From an uncultured Odoribacter sp. (GTDB lineage: Bacteria; Bacteroidota; Bacteroidia; Bacteroidales; Marinifilaceae): a DNA stretch of 64,000 nucleotides. Shown piece by piece: positions 1 to 8,912 of this stretch (positions within the stretch are counted from its first letter, which is position 1; the number at the start of each line of letters is the position of its first letter). The notes beneath the pieces were generated by a model. The model saw only the letters and a list, made by a program, of their open reading frames with translations. It was not told the DNA's origin and made no database searches. The stretch covers positions 34,540-98,539 of the forward strand of contig CAZMOG010000001.1 of NCBI GenBank assembly GCA_964567845.1. Reading direction: 5' to 3'. The position numbers and the translations under genes are program-made.

Positions 1-1
1 T

Positions 2-526
2 AAGAGCGATCAGCTCTTCCCTACATTGGCGCTTAACCATTTTGGATTTTTTGCAGGACTGTGCTTCCTTTTAGGAGTAACAGCAGCCGCATATTCATCG
101 GTCGATTCATCACTTACCGCCATGACCACCTCATTCTGTTCTGACATAATGGGAGTTACCGAGAAGAATCCTCGCCCCAAATTAAGAATAGTGGTACATT
201 TGTTATTTTCGCTATTAATGGGAGCAATAATCATTATCTTTAACAGCACCAATAATAGTAGCGTGGTATCAGCTGTATTCACTGCGGTAGGATATACATA
301 CGGCCCAATATTGGGTCTCTTCCTTTTCGGGTTAGGCACAAAACGCAAAGCAAATGAAAAAGCGATACCATACATCTGTGTGGCATCGCCCATTATATCG
401 TGGATTATAAATTGCTATTCAGAAACTATCCTGTTCGGATATAAATTCGGTTTCGAGATTCTTTTGCTTAACGCCTTGATTACTATAATAGGATTGACTA
501 TTTCAAGCTACTCAAAACGTTGTTAA
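2..526 (+). CDS. Sodium:solute symporter family protein, C-terminal fragment (5' end lies outside the window)
   Basis: The frame is open from the window edge; the track's TTG start at 26 is an artefact. It has hydrophobic TM segments and an AAAYSSVDSSLTAMTTSFCSDI block resembling the conserved SSS-family AAxxSxxDSxL motif. Confidence 0.55.
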   Translation, partial: KSDQLFPTLALNHFGFFAGLCFLLGVTAAAYSSVDSSLTAMTTSFCSDIMGVTEKNPRPKLRIVVHLLFSLLMGAIIIIFNSTNNSSVVSAVFTAVGYTYGPILGLFLFGLGTKRKANEKAIPYICVASPIISWIINCYSETILFGYKFGFEILLLNALITIIGLTISSYSKRC

Positions 527-1994
527 GCATCTCCTTCCAACGCTCATAAGCCTCAAGATACTCAGCATAATGAGCAGTATCGGGGTCTATTGTATCAATC
601 TTTTGTAACTTGGCAAATGCTTCGTCGGGATTTGCATATATTCCGGCACCAATTCCTGCTCCCTGAGCGGCTCCTGCTGCTCCTGTGGTTTCATACAACT
701 CAATTGGCACACCCGCCAAACTTGCCATGGTTTTACCGAAAATATCACTCTTATACATATTTGCGGCTCCTGCACGGATTGTTGAGACATGCAATCCCAA
801 GTCACTCATAATATCCAATCCATACTTCATTGCGAATACAATTCCCTCTTGAACTGCACGCAAAAGATGAGCGCGTGTATGAACATTGAAATTTATTCCA
901 CTGAAAACTGCTCCTGTTTCACGGTTACCAAGCACTCGCTCCGCTCCGTTTCCAAATGGCAGAATAGATACTCCATTACTTCCAATTGGAATTGAATCGG
1001 CCATCATATTCATTACATCGTATGTAATTCCCTCGGGCGAGATTTGCTTCTTAATCCACGCATTCATACTACCTGTACCATTGATGCAGAGCAACATTCC
1101 CAATCGTGGATCCTGAGGAGTGTGGTTTACATGGGCAAAAAGGTTAACTCTGTTCTGCTCATCGTGTGTCAATCTATCCAAAACACCATAAATCACTCCG
1201 CTTGTGCCGGCTGTCGATGCCACCTCTCCGGGTTTAAAGACATTCAAAGACAAAGCATTGTTGGCCTGGTCTCCCGCACGGTAGCAAACCGGAGTTCCCT
1301 GTTTTAATCCCAATGCAAATGCTCCGTCGGCCGACAATCCGGCCTGTTTAGAGAAGGTTGGAACCACATCGGGCATTATGGACTTATCAAAACCGTAATA
1401 GCCCATCAACTCCTCAGAGATTGATTCACGTTTGAAATCCCACAAAATACCTTCAGACAATCCCGGAATTGTGGTTTGCACCTCTCCGGTCATTCGCATA
1501 GCAATATAGTCTCCGGGCAACATTACCTTATGAATCTTTGCATAGATCTCAGGTTCATTCTCCTTTACCCATGCCAATTTACTTGCAGTAAAGTTACCGG
1601 GGGAATTTAACAGATGGTTGTGACAAATATCACTTCCCAAAATCTTAGCAGCTTCGTCACCATAACTGACAGCACGGCTATCACACCATATAATCGATGG
1701 TCTTAACACATTATAGTGTTTATCAACCATCACCAATCCGTGCATCTGGTATGAAATACCAATTGCTCGTACCTGCTCACGATCAATTCCCGATGTTGCC
1801 AGAATTGAGGCTGAAACCATACACAAATTCTGCCACCACAATTCAGGATCCTGCTCGGCCCAACCTGGTTTTACTGCCGTCATCTTCATCTCCTGCTTCG
1901 GAAAATAATCTGAAGCAGCACACACACCGGTAGCGGCATTAATCAACGATGCCTTAACCGATGAAGTCCCCACGTCGAAACCTAACAGATACAT
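498..1994 (-). CDS. xylB: FGGY-family carbohydrate kinase, xylulokinase-like
   Basis: 498 aa. The N-terminus MYLLGFDVGTSSVKASL is the FGGY phosphate-1 motif. The protein also carries GISYQMHG and a C-terminal GAAGAAQGAGIGAG block. Its 3' end overlaps the convergent symporter gene by 29 nt. Confidence 0.75.
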   Translation of the reverse strand: MYLLGFDVGTSSVKASLINAATGVCAASDYFPKQEMKMTAVKPGWAEQDPELWWQNLCMVSASILATSGIDREQVRAIGISYQMHGLVMVDKHYNVLRPSIIWCDSRAVSYGDEAAKILGSDICHNHLLNSPGNFTASKLAWVKENEPEIYAKIHKVMLPGDYIAMRMTGEVQTTIPGLSEGILWDFKRESISEELMGYYGFDKSIMPDVVPTFSKQAGLSADGAFALGLKQGTPVCYRAGDQANNALSLNVFKPGEVASTAGTSGVIYGVLDRLTHDEQNRVNLFAHVNHTPQDPRLGMLLCINGTGSMNAWIKKQISPEGITYDVMNMMADSIPIGSNGVSILPFGNGAERVLGNRETGAVFSGINFNVHTRAHLLRAVQEGIVFAMKYGLDIMSDLGLHVSTIRAGAANMYKSDIFGKTMASLAGVPIELYETTGAAGAAQGAGIGAGIYANPDEAFAKLQKIDTIDPDTAHYAEYLEAYERWKEMLNNVLSSLK

Positions 1995-2012
1995 ATTGTT
2001 CAGTCTTTATTG

Positions 2013-2960
2013 TTACAAGATAAAGTATTCACTAATCGATTTATGATGCACCATATTGTACATCACATTTGCGAACATCTCGGCCACACATAGTGTTCGA
2101 ATCTTTGAACATGGGCGAGATATAGGAATTGAATTTGTCAATACAACCTCTTCAAGTGCAGAAGCCTCGATTCTCTCCAAAGCAGGGCCCGACAATACTC
2201 CGTGAGTTGCAACTGCTCGAACAGAGTTTGCTCCCATCTCCTTTAACAAATCGGCAGCCTTGCAGATTGTTCCGGCTGTATCGATCATATCATCGACAAT
2301 AACAACATCCTTGCCCTCTACATCGCCAATTACACGCATCTCTGCAACTACATTAGGACGTGGACGACTCTTGTGACAAATAATCATATCACAGTGGAAA
2401 TGCTTTGCCCAGCTATTTGCACGTTTAGCTCCTCCCATATCTGGCGATGCGATTGCCAAATTCGGCAAATTCAAACTCTTAATATATGGGATTGTTACAG
2501 TTGAACCATAAAGGTGGTCAACCGGAATATCGAAGAATCCCTGAATCTGGTCTGCATGCAAATCCATTGTAATTACACGATCCGCACCGGCTGCAGTCAA
2601 AAGATTAGCAACCAATTTTGCTGCAATAGTGATTCTTGGACGATCCTTTCTATCCTGACGGGCAAAACCGAAATATGGGATTACCGCAATAACTTTATAT
2701 GCAGAGGCACGCTTAGCTGCATCAATCATCATCAACAACTCCATCAGGTTGTCACTTGGTGGCATTGTTGACTGCACAATAAAGACATAATCTCCACGAA
2801 CAGTTTCATTGTAAGCTGTTACAAACTCTCCATCACTAAAACGTAGCAATGCTCTCTCTCCCAACTTTACTCCCAAGGTTTTTGCAATCTCTTGGGCAAT
2901 ATAAGCGCTCTTTTCTCCTGAAAAGACCTTAATTTCAGCACTTCCGGTCATAAAATTCAT
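2013..2960 (-). CDS. prs: Ribose-phosphate pyrophosphokinase
   Basis: Carries YFGFARQDRK, DLHADQIQGFF and the PRPP-binding loop VVIVDDMIDTAGT. The start was trimmed to the ATG at 2960 (alternative 2951) because a -7 box at 2994..3001 lies inside the TTG-initiated extension. Confidence 0.9.
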   Translation of the reverse strand: MNFMTGSAEIKVFSGEKSAYIAQEIAKTLGVKLGERALLRFSDGEFVTAYNETVRGDYVFIVQSTMPPSDNLMELLMMIDAAKRASAYKVIAVIPYFGFARQDRKDRPRITIAAKLVANLLTAAGADRVITMDLHADQIQGFFDIPVDHLYGSTVTIPYIKSLNLPNLAIASPDMGGAKRANSWAKHFHCDMIICHKSRPRPNVVAEMRVIGDVEGKDVVIVDDMIDTAGTICKAADLLKEMGANSVRAVATHGVLSGPALERIEASALEEVVLTNSIPISRPCSKIRTLCVAEMFANVMYNMVHHKSISEYFIL

Positions 2961-2993
2961 GTTTGAAGGTAAATGTGTGTATGTTATAGGATG

Positions 2994-3001
2994 CAAATAT
3001 A
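2994..3001 (-). promoter_or_regulatory. Bacteroidota -7 promoter box TATATTTG for prs
   Basis: Reverse complement of caaatata; matches TAnnTTTG. It lies 34 nt upstream of the ATG at 2960. Confidence 0.5.
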
Positions 3002-3045
3002 ATTAAACTTATCTGAAAAAGGAAACTCTATTACGCAATAATTAC

Positions 3046-3053
3046 TATTTTTG
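3046..3053 (+). promoter_or_regulatory. Bacteroidota -7 promoter box TATTTTTG for the CotH-like gene
   Basis: Matches TAnnTTTG. The ATG at 3059 is only 5 nt downstream, which implies a near-leaderless mRNA. Confidence 0.45.
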
Positions 3054-3058
3054 CACTC

Positions 3059-4360
3059 ATGAAAGAGAGATTTATAAAACTATTTGCATTTTTGCTTTTT
3101 TCATGGCTTCTATTTGCCTGTTCCGACGAAGAGACCGTTTACCAGGACAATTGGGTTATTGACAACTCTAAAGAGGCATGGGAAGAGCAAGTGGTTCCTG
3201 GCGAGGCAGAGCTATGGAAAACCGGACTTCCGGTCATTGTAATCAACACTCCAAACAGCACTCCGGTTAAAAGTAAGTACACCTGGGTAGAGAATGCCAC
3301 ATTTGAATGTTTCAATCCGGACTCAACAACCAACAGCACGGCAACAACGCGTATTCGACTTCACGGAAACTCATCCCGTGCATGTCCAAAAGTTTCGTAC
3401 AATTTAGATTTTACGGAAAAAACATCCGTACTGTCTATGCCACCACACAAAAGGTGGATATTGATTGCCAATCACTTTGACAAAACATTGTTGAGAAACA
3501 CCATTGGACAATGGTTAGGAAGAAAGTTCGGCTCATTTGCCTATTCGCCAAGAAACCAATTTGTCGAGGTAATTCTAAACGGCAAACATTTGGGAACATA
3601 CATGCTTATTGAGCACATCAGACAAAGTAACAACCGAGTTGAGAATGGCTATGTAATTGAGTTCGATGATAAGTATGCAGAAGACGATATTGTCTTCCAA
3701 TCTATCATTCGCAATGGCAAGGACACCATTAATGTGAATATCAAAGATCCCGATATTGCCATGAATGGCGAAGAGTTTAACCACATTAAAGATATTATTA
3801 ACAACCTTAGCGCAACTCTATATGGCAGTGATCCATTCAACAAAACAACCGGATATTTCCATGTTGCAGATCGGGAGACATTTGCAGATTTCTACATTGT
3901 GAACGAGATTTCAAAGAATGTTGATGCCCGCTTCTACTCAAGTTGTTTCGCAAATCTTACCACCTACGACCATCTATACATGGGGCCGCTTTGGGATTTC
4001 GATGTTGGGTTTGGAAACTACGTATTCGAGAATCCATATACAATCAATGAACCGACAGGTTTGTATATGCACAAATGTCCATGGATCGAGATTATGTTGA
4101 AAGAGAACGAATTTCTGAAGATTGTTTCGAAAAAAATAAACCGCTACTACAAGCATGAAGCTGAGATTCTTGCATATATCGACGAGCAAAGCAACTCAAT
4201 TCTGAACTCGGTAGTTCTGAATGAGCGTTTATGGAACGTTCTTTCTGAAGATAGTTCCCAACTAACGGACCAAGAGATAAAGGATTTATATTTGGAGCAG
4301 GTCGAGTGGTTGAAGAATTGGATTCACGACCGTTTTATATATCTTAAAACCAAATACTAA
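3059..4360 (+). CDS. CotH kinase family lipoprotein
   Basis: Has a lipoprotein signal (LLFAC|SDEE). NGYVIEFDDKY and GPLWDFDVGFGN resemble the CotH-family core (WDxDxxFG). Confidence 0.65.
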   Translation: MKERFIKLFAFLLFSWLLFACSDEETVYQDNWVIDNSKEAWEEQVVPGEAELWKTGLPVIVINTPNSTPVKSKYTWVENATFECFNPDSTTNSTATTRIRLHGNSSRACPKVSYNLDFTEKTSVLSMPPHKRWILIANHFDKTLLRNTIGQWLGRKFGSFAYSPRNQFVEVILNGKHLGTYMLIEHIRQSNNRVENGYVIEFDDKYAEDDIVFQSIIRNGKDTINVNIKDPDIAMNGEEFNHIKDIINNLSATLYGSDPFNKTTGYFHVADRETFADFYIVNEISKNVDARFYSSCFANLTTYDHLYMGPLWDFDVGFGNYVFENPYTINEPTGLYMHKCPWIEIMLKENEFLKIVSKKINRYYKHEAEILAYIDEQSNSILNSVVLNERLWNVLSEDSSQLTDQEIKDLYLEQVEWLKNWIHDRFIYLKTKY

Positions 4361-4436
4361 AAGAGTTGAAAATATGGGTGTTTTTAATTAATTTCGCACC
4401 CTATTAGTGAGATACAGTTATAAACAGATTCTAACA

Positions 4437-7214
4437 ATGGAATATAATTTTAAAGAGATTGAGAGCAAGTGGCAGAACTATTGGCGCGAAAACAAAACTT
4501 ACAAAGTAAGTTCTACATCAGACAAGCCTAAATACTACGTTTTGGATATGTTCCCATACCCATCGGGAGCAGGTTTGCACGTAGGTCACCCTCTTGGTTA
4601 CATCGCTTCGGACATCTATTCACGATATAAAAGATTGAAGGGATTTAATGTATTGCATCCAATGGGATACGATGCATACGGTCTTCCTGCAGAGCAGTAT
4701 GCAATCCAGACAGGCCAGCACCCTGCAATCACTACCGACAAGAATATTGCACGCTATCGTGAGCAATTGGATAAAATAGGCTTCTCGTTCGATTGGGACA
4801 GAGAGGTAAAGACTTGTGACCCTAAATATTACAAATGGACACAATGGGCTTTCATCCAGATGTTTAACCACTGGTTTGACAAAAACACCCAAAAGGCCCA
4901 GCCAATTGAGTTTTTGGTTGCAACTCTTGCAAAAGAGGGAAATGCCAGCATAAATGCAGCATGTTCACAGGACACTCCCAAAATCACAGCAGAGGAGTGG
5001 AATAACATGTCTCAGAATGAGCAACAACAGTTCCTTTTGAACTACAGATTGGCATACCTTGCCGATGCTGTTGTTAACTGGTGTCCAAAGTTGGGAACCG
5101 TACTTGCAAACGATGAGGTTAAGGATGGACTGTCTGTACGCGGAGGTTTCCCTGTTGTACAAAAGACAATGCGTCAATGGTCACTAAGAGTCTCTGCATA
5201 CGCACAAAGATTGCTTGACGGATTGGACAAGATTGATTGGTCGGATTCATTGAAAGATATTCAGCGTAACTGGATTGGTCGCTCATTGGGAACAGAAATG
5301 ATCTTCAATGTTAAGGACTCCGATGTTAAATTGGAGATCTTTACAACTCGTGCAGATACCGTTTATGGTGTTTCATTTATGGTTTTGGCACCCGAGAGCG
5401 ATTATGTTAAGATGCTTACCACCCCTGAGCAGGAGACCGCAGTAAAGGAGTATCTTGACTACGTTGCAAAACGAACCGAGCGTGAGCGTCAGAGCGAGGT
5501 TAAGACTGTAACAGGAGTATTTACCGGTTCATACGCTGTTAATCCACTTACAAACGAGGCTATTCCTATTTGGATCAGTGAGTACGTATTGGCAGGCTAT
5601 GGAACAGGTGCTATTATGGCCGTTCCTGCTCATGACAGCCGCGACTATGCCTTTGCCAAGAAATTCAATTTGCCAATCATCCCGGTTGTTGACAACGGAG
5701 GAGAGATTGATTTGTCTGAAAGTTCGTACGATGCCAAAGAGGGTAAGATGATTAATAGCGGTGATTTGAATGGCATGGATGTTAAGGATGCCATCAAATA
5801 TACAGCCGAGAAGGTCGAGAAGATGGGAATCGGTAAGATTAAGGTAAACTACCGTCTTCGCGATGCTATATTCAGCCGTCAAAGATATTGGGGAGAGCCT
5901 TTCCCTGTTTACTATAAGGACAATCTTCCATACATGCTTGACGAGAACAAGTTGCCATTGACTCTTCCCGAGATTGATAAATATTTGCCAACCGAGAGCG
6001 GAGAGCCACCATTAGGACGCGCAAAGGGATGGACAACTTCCGAGGGATACCCACTGGAGTTGAATACAATGCCTGGATTTGCCGGTTCATCGGCCTACTT
6101 CTTGCGCTACATGGATCCACAAAACGACAATGCCCTTGTAAGCAAAGAGGCTAACGAATACTGGAGAAATGTGGATTTGTATCTTGGAGGTGCAGAGCAT
6201 GCTACAGGACACTTGATCTATTCACGTTTCTGGAACATGTTCCTATATGATTTGGGAATTGCTTGCGAGGAGGAGCCATTCAAGAAGCTTATCAACCAGG
6301 GAATGATTCAGGGACGTTCAAGTTTCGTATATAGAGTTCAGGGAACAAACACATTTGTATCTGTCGGACTTAAAGATCAATATGAAACAACCGAAATTCA
6401 CGTATTGGTAGATTTCGTTAAAAACGACATTCTTGACATTGAGCAGTTTAAGAACTGGATGCCTGAATATAACAATGCCGAGTTTATCCTTGAGGAGGAT
6501 GGCAAGTACCATTGCGGTTACGCTGTTGAGAAGATGTCAAAATCTATGTTCAACGTTGTAAACCCGGACAATGTCATTGAGGAGTTCGGAGCAGATACTC
6601 TTCGTTTGTATGAAATGTTCCTTGGCCCATTGGAGGCACACAAACCTTGGGATACAAAGGGAATTGACGGAGTTTATAAGTTCTTGAGAAAATTCTGGCG
6701 TTTGTTCCACACCGGCGAGGAGTTTTGCGTTAGCAACGAAGCGCCGACTGCCGAGGAGTTGAAGATTCTTCACCGCACAATCAAGAAGATCGAGAACGAC
6801 ATTGAGACCTTCTCATTCAACACCTCGATTCCTGCCTTCATGATTTGCACCAACGAATTGGGAGCATTGAAGTGCAATAAGCGTGCAATCTTGGAGCCTC
6901 TTGTAATCACATTGGCACCATACGCTCCACATATTGCCGAGGAGTTGTGGCATGCTCTTGGAAACACCGAGAGCGTAACCGTTGCTACTTTCCCACATTG
7001 GGATGAGAAGTATTTGGTCGAGGCCTCGAAAGAGTACCCAATCAGTTTCAATGGTAAGGTTCGCTTCAAAATGACCTTCCCTGCAACTGCAACAAATCAG
7101 GAGATTGAGGAGGCTGTCAAAGCATCGGCCGACACTGCTCGCTGGATTGAGGGCAAGAGCATTAAGAAGATGATTATTGTACCTAACAAGATTGTAAATG
7201 TTGTTGTAGGATAG
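4437..7214 (+). CDS. leuS: Leucine--tRNA ligase
   Basis: The conserved N-terminus [16 protein letters not shown] starts at the ATG at 4437. Class I signatures are HVGHPLGY (HIGH) and KMSKSMFN (KMSKS). The track's GTG start at 4407 was rejected. Confidence 0.95.
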   Translation: MEYNFKEIESKWQNYWRENKTYKVSSTSDKPKYYVLDMFPYPSGAGLHVGHPLGYIASDIYSRYKRLKGFNVLHPMGYDAYGLPAEQYAIQTGQHPAITTDKNIARYREQLDKIGFSFDWDREVKTCDPKYYKWTQWAFIQMFNHWFDKNTQKAQPIEFLVATLAKEGNASINAACSQDTPKITAEEWNNMSQNEQQQFLLNYRLAYLADAVVNWCPKLGTVLANDEVKDGLSVRGGFPVVQKTMRQWSLRVSAYAQRLLDGLDKIDWSDSLKDIQRNWIGRSLGTEMIFNVKDSDVKLEIFTTRADTVYGVSFMVLAPESDYVKMLTTPEQETAVKEYLDYVAKRTERERQSEVKTVTGVFTGSYAVNPLTNEAIPIWISEYVLAGYGTGAIMAVPAHDSRDYAFAKKFNLPIIPVVDNGGEIDLSESSYDAKEGKMINSGDLNGMDVKDAIKYTAEKVEKMGIGKIKVNYRLRDAIFSRQRYWGEPFPVYYKDNLPYMLDENKLPLTLPEIDKYLPTESGEPPLGRAKGWTTSEGYPLELNTMPGFAGSSAYFLRYMDPQNDNALVSKEANEYWRNVDLYLGGAEHATGHLIYSRFWNMFLYDLGIACEEEPFKKLINQGMIQGRSSFVYRVQGTNTFVSVGLKDQYETTEIHVLVDFVKNDILDIEQFKNWMPEYNNAEFILEEDGKYHCGYAVEKMSKSMFNVVNPDNVIEEFGADTLRLYEMFLGPLEAHKPWDTKGIDGVYKFLRKFWRLFHTGEEFCVSNEAPTAEELKILHRTIKKIENDIETFSFNTSIPAFMICTNELGALKCNKRAILEPLVITLAPYAPHIAEELWHALGNTESVTVATFPHWDEKYLVEASKEYPISFNGKVRFKMTFPATATNQEIEEAVKASADTARWIEGKSIKKMIIVPNKIVNVVVG

Positions 7215-7216
7215 AT

Positions 7217-7627
7217 ATGAAATCGATGATAAGAATAATGATTGTTGTTGCGACTCTGTTTTCTTTGGTCGCAACAGCCATTATTCCCCATCATCACCAC
7301 AACGATGGCGAGACAATCTGTACTTGCCACCACAACTCTTGTTGCCACGATTGCAATGAAAGTTGCAATCATCACAATGGAGAGCCCGATGATTGCGCCA
7401 ACTGTTCATGCAATATTAAATTCCGCACTGATTTTACTAGTCAAACAGTAAAGGTTCCTGCCCCGGCCCAAATATTAACATTTGAGTTCATTGCAGAACA
7501 TTTTTCCTTTATAGATTTTAAAACTGCAAGACTCTACGAAGAGCAGAATAACTTTCCGCCAAATTTAATACACAAATATATCTTTTACCGTAAGAGCGTT
7601 GCCTTACGTGCCCCGCCACAATTTTAA
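7217..7627 (+). CDS. Small membrane-anchored Cys/His-cluster protein, putative metal-binding partner of the efflux operon
   Basis: Has an N-terminal hydrophobic segment, then 9 His and 9 Cys within residues 25-65 (HHHHNDGETICTCHHNSCCHDCNESCNHHNGEPDDCANCSC). The ATG is 2 nt after the leuS stop. Two alternative-frame ORFs overlap it (see rejected list). Confidence 0.55.
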   Translation: MKSMIRIMIVVATLFSLVATAIIPHHHHNDGETICTCHHNSCCHDCNESCNHHNGEPDDCANCSCNIKFRTDFTSQTVKVPAPAQILTFEFIAEHFSFIDFKTARLYEEQNNFPPNLIHKYIFYRKSVALRAPPQF

Positions 7628-7695
7628 GTTTCCCATATTGAGCCATACCCCATCGGATTATGGCTATAAACAGATTAACTTAAAATTGTATCACT

Positions 7696-8901
7696 ATGAA
7701 ATTCAGAATAATCACTTTCGCTATTGCGATTTGTTACACCCTATTGGGCTGTAAGGGAAATAACCATGAGCACAATCATGAGCATCACAGCCATGAACAT
7801 AACCATGTTCACGAACATGAGCACGAACACAACCATAACGCAGAGCACAACCACGAGCATGAACATGAGCAAAGCGATATCATAAACTTCACGTGCGAAC
7901 AGGCAGAGTTGATAGGTCTTACAACTGAAACTCTAAAAGCCGAGGATTTTGTGTATGCGCTGAAAGTTGGAGGAAAAATCATTAGCGCTCCGGGCGATGC
8001 AACAGCTATTGTTGCCAAAGCAAGCGGTACTATCAATTTTACCAATACTCACATAGGCGAGGGAACAAAAGTATCCAAAGGCTCCCCTATTTTGCAAATA
8101 ATTCCTGCAGGAACCATTGACGGCAACCCTCTTGCCAAAGCTGAAAATGAGTATAAAGCCTCGCTCGCAGACTATAATCGCGCAAAGGAGCTGGTAAAGG
8201 AGCAGATTATCTCACAACGCGACTTCGAGCAGAGCGAGCAACGCTATTTGGATGCCTTGAATGCATACAACGACTTGCGTGACCAGCACTCGGACGGAAA
8301 TGTAAATGTAACCTCGCCCATAAATGGATATATCACAGAAATCACTGTAAACGAGGGCGATTATGTTGAAGCCGGTACCATATTGGGTAAAGTTTCGCTT
8401 AATAATTCATTGCACATTATTGCCGATGTTACCGAAAAGAACTACTCTATTCTAAAGAGCATTAAGAGTGCAAATTTCAAGGTAAGTTACAGCCCGAAAC
8501 TCTTTAAACTATCTGAATTGCAGGGAGAATACATTTCATACGGTAAGAATATCGAATCGAATTACGCATTTATTCACGCTACTTTCGAATTCTATAACAC
8601 CGAAGAGCTAATCCCCGGAAGCTATGCCGAGATATATCTGCTTGGAGAGGCTCAACCTAATACAATTTCAGTTCCGGTAAGCACACTGCTCGAAGATCAG
8701 GGACTATACTTTGCCTATATTTTAGTAGGCCACGACCAATACAAAAAAGTACAGGTCGAGACCGGTGGAAACAATGGAGAGAGAGTAGAGATTCTTAAGG
8801 GCCTGAATGAGGGAGATATTGTTGTCACAAACGGAGTTTACAACCTGAAGCTTGCAGAAAAGGCATCATTGATTCCTGAAGGACACAGCCATAACCATTA
8901 A
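7696..8901 (+). CDS. Efflux RND transporter periplasmic adaptor subunit (CzcB/CusB-like lipoprotein) with His-rich N- and C-termini
   Basis: Has a lipobox (LLGC|K), a coiled-coil hairpin region and beta-barrel segments typical of MFP adaptors. It sits immediately upstream of the CzcA-type pump. Confidence 0.85.
   Translation: MKFRIITFAIAICYTLLGCKGNNHEHNHEHHSHEHNHVHEHEHEHNHNAEHNHEHEHEQSDIINFTCEQAELIGLTTETLKAEDFVYALKVGGKIISAPGDATAIVAKASGTINFTNTHIGEGTKVSKGSPILQIIPAGTIDGNPLAKAENEYKASLADYNRAKELVKEQIISQRDFEQSEQRYLDALNAYNDLRDQHSDGNVNVTSPINGYITEITVNEGDYVEAGTILGKVSLNNSLHIIADVTEKNYSILKSIKSANFKVSYSPKLFKLSELQGEYISYGKNIESNYAFIHATFEFYNTEELIPGSYAEIYLLGEAQPNTISVPVSTLLEDQGLYFAYILVGHDQYKKVQVETGGNNGERVEILKGLNEGDIVVTNGVYNLKLAEKASLIPEGHSHNH
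7765..7869 (+). repeat. Imperfect CAY-GAR/AAY codon repeat encoding a 17-His tract (residues 24-58 of the adaptor)
   Basis: Encodes HEHNHEHHSHEHNHVHEHEHEHNHNAEHNHEHEHE, with 17 His in 35 residues counted by hand. A second short tract, GHSHNH, is at the C-terminus. Confidence 0.9.
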
Positions 8902-8912
8902 TCTGCCGTGCC

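Noticed and set aside
4388-4400. 13-nt TTAATTTCGCACC shared upstream of leuS (4388..4400, +) and asnS (29581..29593, -), as a possible aminoacyl-tRNA synthetase-specific regulatory site
   Set aside because: It overlaps a variant -7 box (TAATTTCG), so about half the identity is explained by the promoter consensus. Exact 13-mers are expected tens of times by chance in a window this size when both strands are counted. It is worth a genome-wide check but is not evidence by itself.
6813-7274. 153-aa minus-strand ORF, plus 6770..7069 and 6537..6773, inside leuS
   Set aside because: They are entirely antisense to a strongly supported leuS coding region. They have no recognisable motifs and look like typical shadow ORFs.
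7097-7451. Alternative frames over the Cys/His gene: plus-strand 7242..7451 (69 aa) and minus-strand 7097..7375 (92 aa)
   Set aside because: The 136-aa frame is the longest. It starts with a membrane-anchor-like segment right after leuS and carries a coherent Cys/His cluster and a later FPP motif. The other frames are hydrophobic low-complexity readings of the same repeat-like DNA. Frame choice remains unverified, as flagged in the findings.
7809-8045. 78-aa minus-strand ORF ending in CSCSCSWLCSALWLCSCSCS
   Set aside because: The Cys/Ser repeat is simply the reverse-complement reading of the (CAY GAR)n His/Glu codon repeat of the adaptor gene.
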